In this document: piece after piece, positions 19,053 through 27,882 of the stretch | Layout: every line of letters begins with the position of its first letter | Numbering within the stretch: position 1 is the stretch's first letter | Origin: a virus | Lineage: Duplodnaviria > Caudoviricetes | DNA length: 57,515 nucleotides | Direction: 5' to 3' (one strand) | IMG/VR virus record: IMGVR_UViG_3300033565_000004 | Span: 1-57,515 of that record | Notes under the pieces: model-generated | Told to the model about the DNA's origin: nothing | The model's input: only the letters and a program-made list of their open reading frames with translations | Database searches by the model: none | Translations under genes and position numbers: made by a program

Positions 19053-20633
19053 TTATTCACCGCCAGCGTTAAATATCGAGGAATCGACGAATCCATTCGC
19101 GTTCTTTTCGTCTTCTTCGATCCGCGAAATAATCTCGGCTGCTTTTTCATCGTCCACTCCGTCTTGACGCTTAATAGCGCTTTGAACGTCGAGGTTTGCC
19201 TTGCCTCCGGTACGCATCTGCATGATTTCCGCTTCTTCCTTCGCGTTCTTCGGAATACCGTCTTGCCAGTTAATTGTCGGGTAAACCGCTTCGAAACTAG
19301 CTTCACCGTGCGCAATATCGAGTAGCTGACACGTCCAGAGGGCGTCACGAATAGCTTTATCGTAGTGCGTGCGTATGCGTTTCACTTTCGATAATATCGG
19401 CATGAAGCGCGCTTTAATCGACGCTGAGTCGGTATGTGATGTCCCAGTACCGCCGGAATTCTCACCGAGCACCGTTCCGAATAACCACTGAGGAGTTTCG
19501 GAAAGTTGGAAGACTAACGAAATGAGAACTTCAAGCTCTTTAAACGCTGCGGTTAATTGTCCGCTAAAGTCCATATAGCCCGGAGTTACATCTTCTTTTG
19601 TTACTGGGATATACGCACCGCCTAAGCGCACTTGACCGTCTCCCGCACCATCTAAGTCCGGACCGTAAGCTGTCGGGTCGGAATTCTTCCAAAGCACGTA
19701 GTCAATTTGTACGATGCGATCGTTAATGGCCGCCAACAACGACTCAAGTTTTTCGAGTCCGCCAACGCCTTCCCAATCGTCATCTACCGATTTATACGGA
19801 ATGTGGTGCACGAGTAAATGAGGCACGCCCGTTTCAACGGCATCCTCTTCGCGTCCTGTCGCTACACGTTCTCCAATCGTAAAGACCTGCAACGGATAAC
19901 CCCAGCGCGTATCAATTCCGCCTTCAAACTCGAACAAGCGATAGCGTTCGTAAATAATGTAGCCTGGAATATGGCGCTCCACATTAAGGAACGGCTTTTC
20001 CGTTTTGCCGTCGATCACATATTCTACTGTCGCAATGTTTACCGCCTTAAACGACTTCACATTGCCGCGCGATATTTCAGGAAAGACGAACTCGGCATTA
20101 ACGTGCTCGATAATCGGCTCCATTATGACGCCATCCGGAATCTGGCCGCCCCTTTGGACTACTTCCGAAAAGTCTTGACGATATCCATACCGTGTCTTAA
20201 GCCAAGCGTCACCGCGATAGCCGTTACCAATTGCGCTTTCGTGTACCAATTTAACAAGGTCGTTTTCTTCGACATAACGATTAACCGCCTTTTGTTCTTC
20301 GCTACTGTCAGGCAGTCCTGATTCGAAACTCGGTGGCTCGCCGACTAGCAAATCGGATGGTTTTGTGACTAGGATATCCGCAATATTGACCGCAATATAT
20401 AACTGAGCAAGTTGGCTCTCGTGAGGCGTGTCTTTTAATAACTTCGACGCGCGCTCGTATACTTCGAACTGCTTGCCTTGAAATAGCTTTTTCAACCGCT
20501 TATACTTCGATATACGTTCTCGGTCAGCCACTGGCGGAAACTGTTCGCCCGGCTGAAACGCGTTAAACGTATAAACCGACGTATATTCGTTTACTTTGTC
20601 GAGCTGCGCTTTGTCTTTCCAAAATAAGCCCAA
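19053..20633 (-). CDS. Portal protein
   Basis: 526 aa with acidic C-terminus, placed between terminase and minor capsid genes; GGAGG RBS with TTG start. Confidence 0.88.
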   Translation of the reverse strand: MGLFWKDKAQLDKVNEYTSVYTFNAFQPGEQFPPVADRERISKYKRLKKLFQGKQFEVYERASKLLKDTPHESQLAQLYIAVNIADILVTKPSDLLVGEPPSFESGLPDSSEEQKAVNRYVEENDLVKLVHESAIGNGYRGDAWLKTRYGYRQDFSEVVQRGGQIPDGVIMEPIIEHVNAEFVFPEISRGNVKSFKAVNIATVEYVIDGKTEKPFLNVERHIPGYIIYERYRLFEFEGGIDTRWGYPLQVFTIGERVATGREEDAVETGVPHLLVHHIPYKSVDDDWEGVGGLEKLESLLAAINDRIVQIDYVLWKNSDPTAYGPDLDGAGDGQVRLGGAYIPVTKEDVTPGYMDFSGQLTAAFKELEVLISLVFQLSETPQWLFGTVLGENSGGTGTSHTDSASIKARFMPILSKVKRIRTHYDKAIRDALWTCQLLDIAHGEASFEAVYPTINWQDGIPKNAKEEAEIMQMRTGGKANLDVQSAIKRQDGVDDEKAAEIISRIEEDEKNANGFVDSSIFNAGGE

Positions 20634-20651
20634 GTTGCGCCCCTCCTTCCG

Positions 20652-21086
20652 TTATTCGTCTTTTAGTAAGTCGTCCAATTCTTCGAGTTCTTTCGCTAAG
20701 TCATCGTTACTACGTGAACCGCTCGCGTCCTCGTTAACTAAGATTTGTTTCTCCGTAAGTAGACCGAATCTACGCATGAAGAGGTCAATCGCTTTCACTG
20801 AAGGCTGTTCGCCTCCGATTAGTTTCAGTAGTTGTCCGTATACCATCGAGCGTTTGTCGCTTAGGAAATCGTCAGAGATTTCGTTTTTGTATGCGATGAA
20901 ATTACGGTTCTGAGTCCGCCAACTCCAGATCGTTTTATATGAAACGCCAATTTCCTCCGCAATCTGCTCGTATGTTAATTTAGACGGGTCTTTGTTCGAC
21001 TTCAAATCGTTATCGACAAGAATGAGTGCCGCCTTCTTCTGTTGCTCTGTAAGTTTCGCTTCGAGTTCTTTCAATCGTTTTGACAT
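20652..21086 (-). CDS. HTH protein, probable terminase small subunit (phBC6A51-like HTH)
   Basis: TYEQIAEEIGVSYKTIWSWR HTH and PSVKAIDLF motif. Confidence 0.7.
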   Translation of the reverse strand: MSKRLKELEAKLTEQQKKAALILVDNDLKSNKDPSKLTYEQIAEEIGVSYKTIWSWRTQNRNFIAYKNEISDDFLSDKRSMVYGQLLKLIGGEQPSVKAIDLFMRRFGLLTEKQILVNEDASGSRSNDDLAKELEELDDLLKDE

Positions 21087-21110
21087 TTTCGCGTCCTCCT
21101 TTTCGTAAGC

Positions 21111-22874
21111 TTATAAGTAATTTGGTTTCCTAGTTATCGCCGATTTCGGTCTTTTAACCGCTTCTATCGCCATATTCGTTGCATCCGGTCCATCATCATG
21201 CCAGCGGGACCCATACCGTTCAAAATGTTCGAGTAGTATTGCGTGATCGCGATTAAAAATGATATTACCGTTTTCAATGTCGGGCAACATCGCCTCAATC
21301 CGAAGCTCTTTCCGTTGGCGTTGGTGAATCTTCTTAACTCGGTTGTGTGCCGGATACCCTACGAACTGTAGCGCCTCTTTCAACTTATCTACGAAGAATT
21401 CCTGCGCCATTTGCGCCTCAGCGCCGATTATGTCCGGCTGATAATGCTTAACTTTTTGCGTAATCAGTTCGAGAAATTTATCCGGATGAATACGTTCGAT
21501 AACCGCATCAACAACGTAGACTTTTTTCGTAATTTTATGCTTAGCTACCGTTACTAGCGCAGAATAATCGCCCTTCTGCTTACCCATCGCAAAGTCGATA
21601 CCCATTCCGACGTAGTAGTCCTTATGTGGGAATGTTCGCCCACTGTCGTAATAGTAAAAACGGTCGGGATGAAAGATTTGCGATTCCTCGTCGAGAGGGT
21701 TGTTCATAAATTCCGTATTGAACGCCTTAGAGCCGTAGTTGACCTTTTCGAGAAACAAGTTCTGCAACGGGAATCGGTCGGGCCATAGCACTTTTGCACC
21801 TTCGTCCATTGCTTCGCGATGTTCAGCGTAAAAGTTAAGCGCAGCTCTTGCGTTAGGTGTCGCCGTCTCTTCTTCCGCGTCCTCCATTTCGGCAAGTTCC
21901 GCTTCGGTCGGCTGATACTCCTTATATATGCGCTCGAATTCCGCCCATAGGTCCATTCGTTTAGGCCATTCGATAATTGCAGGAAATGTATTCTTAATAA
22001 AGTCGCGACGTTCCGTAAGTACGTAGTTAAGAAGTGAGTCGACGTGCACTAACGTACCCATAAAAATAACGGCTGTCTGAGTCGGATCATATGCGGGCAT
22101 TAAATCTTGGTTCAGCCAGTCCTTCGCCTTCTGACGTAATTCCGGCGTGTTATTCGAGTCCCGCGACTCCAAGTCATCGAGTAGTATAAGGTCAGGACGT
22201 TGGCTACCGTTACGGAAACCACGAATTTGCGTTCCGAGCGACGTTGCTTCCATCTTAATATTAGTCGTCGTTAAGAATGCCTCTTCGCTGTCCTTCTCAT
22301 TGCGCGTCTTTTGTTCGTGCAATATGACGCCAAAGTCATCGCGAAGTTTTTGATTGTACTTCAGCTGACCAGCGACCCATTTAATGAACTTCTTCGACCC
22401 CGCGTTTGTCTCCGAAATAATCAGGATCATTTTCCGCTTACGATAGGCGATTTCATGTACCGGAAAAGCATTCGATAGGTATGCCGATTTAGCGTGACCA
22501 CGACTGGCAGCCCATGCGATACGTGCCGTACGATTACGATTAGATACAGCGTCAAGTATCCGCGATAATTTAACGTGAAAGTCGGGCGCATCGTCCATAT
22601 CTACTCTCGTAGTAGGTACGAGATTATCCGGATTGCCTGGATTACGTGCTTCCGAAAAGTACTCGTAAAAAAAGTACAGCATGTCGACTTCGGCACGGTG
22701 AATCCGCTTGAGTTTCTTTAACTCCGCCATGTCTCTACGGAAACTATCAACGTCGTATTCCGTTCCGCTTCCTTCTTCGATCTTATTACGTAGTTTTTTC
22801 GCATGTTGAACGAGAAGGTCAATACGTACCTGCCGTTTATCACGCGTAATCCACTCGCCATTTACCATTGCCAT
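21111..22874 (-). CDS. terL: Terminase large subunit
   Basis: Walker A ASRGHAKS, Walker B LILLDDLE, nuclease GIDFA..DYSA and HDDGPDA; start set at ATG 22874 after AAGGAGG. Confidence 0.92.
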   Translation of the reverse strand: MAMVNGEWITRDKRQVRIDLLVQHAKKLRNKIEEGSGTEYDVDSFRRDMAELKKLKRIHRAEVDMLYFFYEYFSEARNPGNPDNLVPTTRVDMDDAPDFHVKLSRILDAVSNRNRTARIAWAASRGHAKSAYLSNAFPVHEIAYRKRKMILIISETNAGSKKFIKWVAGQLKYNQKLRDDFGVILHEQKTRNEKDSEEAFLTTTNIKMEATSLGTQIRGFRNGSQRPDLILLDDLESRDSNNTPELRQKAKDWLNQDLMPAYDPTQTAVIFMGTLVHVDSLLNYVLTERRDFIKNTFPAIIEWPKRMDLWAEFERIYKEYQPTEAELAEMEDAEEETATPNARAALNFYAEHREAMDEGAKVLWPDRFPLQNLFLEKVNYGSKAFNTEFMNNPLDEESQIFHPDRFYYYDSGRTFPHKDYYVGMGIDFAMGKQKGDYSALVTVAKHKITKKVYVVDAVIERIHPDKFLELITQKVKHYQPDIIGAEAQMAQEFFVDKLKEALQFVGYPAHNRVKKIHQRQRKELRIEAMLPDIENGNIIFNRDHAILLEHFERYGSRWHDDGPDATNMAIEAVKRPKSAITRKPNYL

Positions 22875-23627
22875 ATACGCGCCCTCCTTTCCGTGTAATA
22901 TTTGCGTTATGTATGCCGACCTCAACCCAATAGTCGACGCGTCGCACACCCTTATTGTCCGTTAGTGCGATTTCCCACCCGAGATTCCAACCGTTAGGCA
23001 TGCGATTGGACTCATCGAGTTCGAAAAATATTGCGCTAATTGAAAACGTCTAAATTCTTGTTTTTTGAGCCTGGCCTTGGGGGTTTTAGATTTCGACCTT
23101 CTTCGACATCTTTCCGAATTGTTTGTCGAATACGAACAACTCAGTCGAATGTATAACGATGTATAAGTATACGGAGATTATTACGTATAACGTTAATTTT
23201 ACGTAATAATGTCGATATCCAACCGCTCTACGCCAACGTTTAATCGTTACGTATATAATACCGTTATGCATTCGTTTATACATCCGCATCACACCGCCAT
23301 TCCTACCGCATATACCTCCGTTATTTCCCATCGATACTGCATAAGTGAATAGCCGCTCATGTTAGCGATCAGCTGCCGAATAGGCCACCGTTCGACACGA
23401 TAGCGCAACACCCCGTGAGTTTGACGAGGCGTCGTCCGCTGGTGCGTTCGTGTTAATGAATCGGAGATACGTCGGAGCGCTTATCGGTAGCTGTAGCGAT
23501 AGCATAGGCATCTCATAGCGCAATAGCAGGCGCCCTTGCTTACGTTAGCTTACCGCCGCCCTTTCGCAATAAGGCGAGTTCCTTCTATATATAAGTGATG
23601 CGGTATTAAGTGCGTAATAGTAGGCGC

Positions 23628-23813
23628 TTATTTGGCGTTGTCTATCCGCTTTCTAAACTCCGCGATACCTGCCTTTAACTTACGCAATGATTCGTCTGGA
23701 TCGATATTAAACTCGTCTTCCCGAATACAATACTCCGCCAGGCTTTCGACTTGCTCGAGTAGGTCTAGCGCTATATCCCGTAAAGATTCTCCGTTCATGT
23801 TATCGTCCTCCAT
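23628..23813 (-). CDS. Hypothetical protein
   Basis: Short acidic/helical ORF with GGAGG before the internal Met; phage promoter-like motif upstream. Confidence 0.55.
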   Translation of the reverse strand: MEDDNMNGESLRDIALDLLEQVESLAEYCIREDEFNIDPDESLRKLKAGIAEFRKRIDNAK

Positions 23814-24098
23814 TCCGTATTCGCTTGCGTTATATGTATTACGGAATATTACCTCTACGTACTATAGACCGTACTAAGGCGTAAATGTTGACGAATATAT
23901 GTCCGCAATGACTAACGGGAAGTCTTACGACTTCAAAACCTTGTAGTCCGGCCAAGAGCGTGCCGTCCTACTACCTACTATCACTTTATCGATGGTTTTT
24001 AAAAGCGTAAGCAATAATAAAGAATGGTAGCGCCGAACGTACTTAGTGAAGGCGCAAGGTTTATCAATCTTATAAGAAAAGAGGCTTTATGCGTCCAA

Positions 24099-24194
24099 AA
24101 GTGCCTTCAGCCCTACGGAGAGTAAGCGCGAAGGCACTTCGGAACTATGACATATTACCGCCAAAATCGCCGTTAGAATGACATATTACCGCCA
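24099..24194. repeat. Origin-like repeats: 10-bp inverted repeat plus two 17-bp direct repeats
   Basis: AAGTGCCTTC 24099-24108 pairs with GAAGGCACTT 24130-24139; ATGACATATTACCGCCA at 24147-24163 and 24178-24194. Confidence 0.8.
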
Positions 24195-24197
24195 CTC

Positions 24198-25079
24198 CTA
24201 AAACGGAAGGTCTTCGATATCGATGTTCGCTTGACTAACGCCTCTCTTTGACTGCTCGAATTGCATCCGTACAAACTCCGTTAACTCATCGGAATCGACC
24301 TTTTTACGGAACATCACATCGGGATTAATACGGTATAACTGGCCGCCAAACGACTGTAGCGACATAATAAAGCCGTGCGATATTAGCTCCTTCATCGCTT
24401 TATTGACGAGGTCACGATCAACGGTTACCAAGTCGGCGAACTGACGGTGCGACATGTGCGTTATCTTCATTTCGTCCGTTTCTTCCGGATTGATACTGAG
24501 GTAGTAGTGCGCATAATTAAAGAACGGCAGCATCTTATACAGAATGCCGGCGGTTTGAATCGAAATCTTAGCGATGTCGGTCCGCGTCTTTACCTGGTAC
24601 AGTTTCGTATAAAAGGTGTCACGGACGTATTTGCCGATTGAATGGTACTCCTCATTAACGCAATAAACGACCGAGCGCCCTTCGCGTTCCTTAGACATAA
24701 CGCCCACTTCGACCATTTTATTAATAAGTCGGATAGTCTGGCGCTCACTTTTGCCGATTGCTTTCGCGGCGAGCTTCGTAGTCATGCGCTCTTTACCGCT
24801 ATATAAATGGCCGCCGGTATTCATGCGCAGGTACGGAAGTAATTTCATCAGGGCGCCTAATTCGTTAACGTCCAGCAAGTCGTTAAGTTCCGCCACCTTA
24901 TCGTGGTAACAATTAACGTAATAACGGATTGGACCGCGTTCTGCGGCCTCTTTCCGTCTCTTTGCTTCGCGCCACTGCTCTAACTCATCGCGAGTCATAA
25001 TCGAAACTTCGTCTGCATTTCCGTAGACAATCTTTTTACCTGTTTCCGGATCATAGTACGTTTGAATAGCGTTACTCAT
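24198..25079 (-). CDS. Tandem winged-helix protein, RepL-like replication initiator candidate
   Basis: Two similar halves (L.KLLPY..HTH..Y.VN and LYKMLPF..HTH..YRINP); ends DLPF; iteron-like repeats directly downstream. Confidence 0.6.
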   Translation of the reverse strand: MSNAIQTYYDPETGKKIVYGNADEVSIMTRDELEQWREAKRRKEAAERGPIRYYVNCYHDKVAELNDLLDVNELGALMKLLPYLRMNTGGHLYSGKERMTTKLAAKAIGKSERQTIRLINKMVEVGVMSKEREGRSVVYCVNEEYHSIGKYVRDTFYTKLYQVKTRTDIAKISIQTAGILYKMLPFFNYAHYYLSINPEETDEMKITHMSHRQFADLVTVDRDLVNKAMKELISHGFIMSLQSFGGQLYRINPDVMFRKKVDSDELTEFVRMQFEQSKRGVSQANIDIEDLPF

Positions 25080-25347
25080 TATAGTAGCCCTCCTCAACGT
25101 CTTTTTCACTTGGACACGCTAAATGCTGTAGCAGTTCATCGATGCTAATAACGCCTTTGTAAAAACACTCGAGGTACAACTCGGCGTTTACGTTAGCAGT
25201 TCCGCACATGTTCTCAAAAGCTGCGTCCTCTAACGCTCTTACCGCCTCTGGCACGCATACATACTTACCGTACTTGTTTCGTACTCTTTTGGCGGTTTTA
25301 AATAAGTACGCACTAAGGTCCAATATTTCAACTAACTTCTTTTCCAA
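25072..25347 (-). CDS. Hypothetical protein
   Basis: GAGGAGG RBS with TTG start; overlaps the next gene. Confidence 0.65.
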   Translation of the reverse strand: MEKKLVEILDLSAYLFKTAKRVRNKYGKYVCVPEAVRALEDAAFENMCGTANVNAELYLECFYKGVISIDELLQHLACPSEKDVEEGYYNE

Positions 25348-25392
25348 TTTGTTTCCTCCTCATAATAAAAAGCCCGCCGAAGCAGGCCTTAT

Positions 25393-26301
25393 TTACTCGT
25401 TTAAATCATCAACAAAACAACCACAGCCGCCGATATCAAACATATCGATTTGCTCCGTTTTATTCGCCTCAACCTCTTCGCGCAACATCCTCAACGTCAG
25501 CGGAATCTTTACCTTATTTCGAGTCCGACGCAGCATGGCGACATCCTTGCCGAGATAATCGCGCATTTCCTGCTCCTTCTCTTCGTGGTAGCGGTAGCGT
25601 GCCGGATTCTTTTCGAGCAGATTAACGAAGTGTCCCTGGCCGGCTCTAACGCAGAAGCCTCCGCAATTGTTGTGGGCAAAATTCATTCCGTAAAGGCGCG
25701 GTACTTCAATTCTTACAGATTCTAGTAATTTGATTGCGTCAATCTTCGTCAGCAGCGGCTCCTCACACATCGGAAATTGTACTGTGTATGGCGCCCAGTT
25801 CTTGACCGGAGCTTTGGTGCGATGCTCCTCCGTCCAATCAATCCCAAGGTACAGTGTCACTTCTTCGGGCTTAAAGTTGGCTTCGATGTACTTTCGCGAC
25901 AAGTCCTGCTTAATTTTGTGCGAACATTGGGCAAGGCGACTATTACCTAGAAACCTAACGTCATGGAATATCTCCCACGGATCTTTACCGCAGTTAATCC
26001 ATACGAAATTAGGATTTCGCTCGCTTACCTTCGCAGCTAGTTCAGTTAGGAACGCTTTTCGGGCAGGCATTGTATCGTGACTAACAGGTGGAATATATGC
26101 GCATTTTGCGATTAAATCGCGCTGGTCAATCCCGTAAATGTATTGCGTCGTCTCGATGAGGAACCGGTATAAATCCTCGTCTTCGATTAGTGTGTCAGTA
26201 AATAAGCAGATAACGTTCTCGGCTCCGTGTGCTGCTACGACCCTTTTCGCGGTCATCCAACTGCCTAGCCCTCCGGAATAAAAGATAATATGTTTCGTCA
26301 A
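25393..26301 (-). CDS. PAPS-reductase-like / PP-loop adenine nucleotide alpha-hydrolase with Cys clusters
   Basis: YSGGLGS PP-loop, CSHKIK, LGID.TE..R, NNCGGFC and GGCGCF. Confidence 0.75.
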   Translation of the reverse strand: MTKHIIFYSGGLGSWMTAKRVVAAHGAENVICLFTDTLIEDEDLYRFLIETTQYIYGIDQRDLIAKCAYIPPVSHDTMPARKAFLTELAAKVSERNPNFVWINCGKDPWEIFHDVRFLGNSRLAQCSHKIKQDLSRKYIEANFKPEEVTLYLGIDWTEEHRTKAPVKNWAPYTVQFPMCEEPLLTKIDAIKLLESVRIEVPRLYGMNFAHNNCGGFCVRAGQGHFVNLLEKNPARYRYHEEKEQEMRDYLGKDVAMLRRTRNKVKIPLTLRMLREEVEANKTEQIDMFDIGGCGCFVDDLNE

Positions 26302-26339
26302 TTAAGTCGTTCCCCTCTCGTTAGCAAGGCGCCGAAGCG

Positions 26340-26530
26340 CCCGCTAAAAATTCCCTTCACTACGTATAGACAACTAACGGCATAAAAGTACAGTAGTTCG
26401 AAAGACTCATTTTCCATCTTCGTATATAAGAGCGTTAACCTCCTCATATAGTAGGCCGCAAAACACGCCAAATGTTGACGTAAAATATCCCTCACTATAT
26501 AGGCCGTACTAACGCTAAAAATAGGGTAGG
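26340..26530 (-). promoter_or_regulatory. Cluster of phage-type promoter-like motifs
   Basis: CGTCAACATTT-N11-CGGCCTA (26452-26480) is mirrored at 23865-23893; TTAGTACGGCCTATA near 26497-26512 is also shared with the 23.9 kb site. Confidence 0.55.
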
Positions 26531-26531
26531 C

Positions 26532-27017
26532 CTAATTACTCATTTTTCGAACTATCACCGGCTGAACTTTCGTAAACTCCGTGTACTTCCTTTTCCGTTC
26601 TTTGTTCAGCGATTTGGCTCGCTTATCTAGCAATAAATTTTCATAATCCGTTCGATTTCGCCTGGTCGGCGTTATGTGCTTCTGACCATCTGCGGCGTTG
26701 TTATCCATCCGCTTTCCTGTCGCAATCTCTGCGCTCTGCCTACGATCAAACTGACGCTCACTCATAATCGGATATTCTTCGTCTTGCATTTTCGTTAGAC
26801 TAGGATTATTTAAATCTTCGAAAAGGATTAAGTCTGCCGTCCGTTCAAGTGTCACCGCGTCAGGCATCTCGCCCGTGGCCACGAAATACCCTTCGATTAA
26901 TCCATCGATTCTAACTAAGCGGAGTTCGCGCGGTAATTCTCCGCGCTTTGTTTCCGCTTGTAATTGCGTTATAGCTTCATGTAGTAACGCCTTATACGTA
27001 CCGTTATTTTCCGCCAT
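26532..27017 (-). CDS. Hypothetical phage protein (late-regulation locus)
   Basis: Start MAENNG after GGAGAGGG; EEYPIMSERQ motif. Confidence 0.7.
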   Translation of the reverse strand: MAENNGTYKALLHEAITQLQAETKRGELPRELRLVRIDGLIEGYFVATGEMPDAVTLERTADLILFEDLNNPSLTKMQDEEYPIMSERQFDRRQSAEIATGKRMDNNAADGQKHITPTRRNRTDYENLLLDKRAKSLNKERKRKYTEFTKVQPVIVRKMSN

Positions 27018-27435
27018 TAATTGCGTACCCCTCTCCGTGTCTGCTCCAGTAGTAATAAACTTCCGATATTGCCTCGATGGCGCGATCCAGCAGGTGATTG
27101 ACCGCATCCCTTGCCAGTCCGCCCATCCGTCGCCCTGCCTCTTCCTGCGTCAAGTCCTCTTCGTAGACCAGAGATAATGCGGTTTTTTGCCGCTCCGTTA
27201 AGCCCGCCAACTCCACTGCGTTACGTAAATCCGTCAGCAGAACCACCGCATCATAGTCGCCCTGATATTGCCTATTTATCAGCGCGTGGTAGTCCGATAG
27301 AAGGATGCGTAAGTTTGCTGGCGAGTCTAAAGCGGGATACTTCGCTTCAAGTGACCGCTCTTGCATGTGTAAATCGCGTTTTACGCTTCCGATAATAATT
27401 CGCCCCTTTCGTCTAATTTCGAGATAATTCGTCAT
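27004..27435 (-). CDS. Sigma-70 region 4-like HTH protein (probable late activator)
   Basis: LTERQKTALSLVYEEDLTQEEAGRRMG; the true start may be ATC at 27393. Confidence 0.75.
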   Translation of the reverse strand: MTNYLEIRRKGRIIIGSVKRDLHMQERSLEAKYPALDSPANLRILLSDYHALINRQYQGDYDAVVLLTDLRNAVELAGLTERQKTALSLVYEEDLTQEEAGRRMGGLARDAVNHLLDRAIEAISEVYYYWSRHGEGYAINGGK

Positions 27436-27446
27436 TCTAATCTAAC

Positions 27447-27475
27447 TTGCGCTTATCGTCCTAATTCGTTATAAT
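27447..27475 (+). promoter_or_regulatory. SigA-type promoter
   Basis: TTGCGC-N17-TATAAT upstream of ORF 27511. Confidence 0.7.
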
Positions 27476-27510
27476 GGCGTTAATAAATCCGTAAAAAGGA
27501 CGTGTTGTAA

Positions 27511-27873
27511 ATGTCATTCGAACCGTTAAAATTATCGCGCCACGGAGGATCCGCGCTAGTCATCGATAAACTGCACCGCCTGCGCGTTTCCTCGGCAGCC
27601 ATGCGCGAACTTAAACTCTCCGCCTACCAATACGTCGTTATTAGCGTTGACGTCGAGAATAAACGCATCGGGCTTGCGAAACAAGAGCTCGCCAAGGTGC
27701 CGAATGCTAGCGCCGTTAAAGTAGATAAGCGCGGATATCTCGGCACATCAGCGGGCAAGGAGATCATTGCGAAACTGGCGCTGACTGACGATGTGCTGCC
27801 CGCCAAGTTTGCCGACATTGGCTGGGAAGATCAGAACGGCGTCAGGTGGCGTGCATTTCAATTTTCGGAGTGA
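27511..27873 (+). CDS. Hypothetical protein, possible AbrB/MraZ-like swapped-hairpin DNA binder
   Basis: Own promoter and AAGGA RBS; two D-K-x-x-R/G motifs (IDKLHRL, VDKRGYL). Confidence 0.6.
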   Translation: MSFEPLKLSRHGGSALVIDKLHRLRVSSAAMRELKLSAYQYVVISVDVENKRIGLAKQELAKVPNASAVKVDKRGYLGTSAGKEIIAKLALTDDVLPAKFADIGWEDQNGVRWRAFQFSE

Positions 27874-27882
27874 TTGCCTATT

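Noticed and set aside
23086-23331. 81-aa minus-strand ORF
   Set aside because: No clear RBS, low-complexity composition, and overlaps dyad repeats; more likely non-coding.
22950-24190. tRNA genes in the long intergenic region
   Set aside because: No cloverleaf with T-arm GTTCRA and acceptor stem recognised by eye; tRNAscan would be decisive.
26298-26495. 65-aa minus-strand ORF
   Set aside because: Spans the promoter-motif cluster and lacks a convincing RBS.
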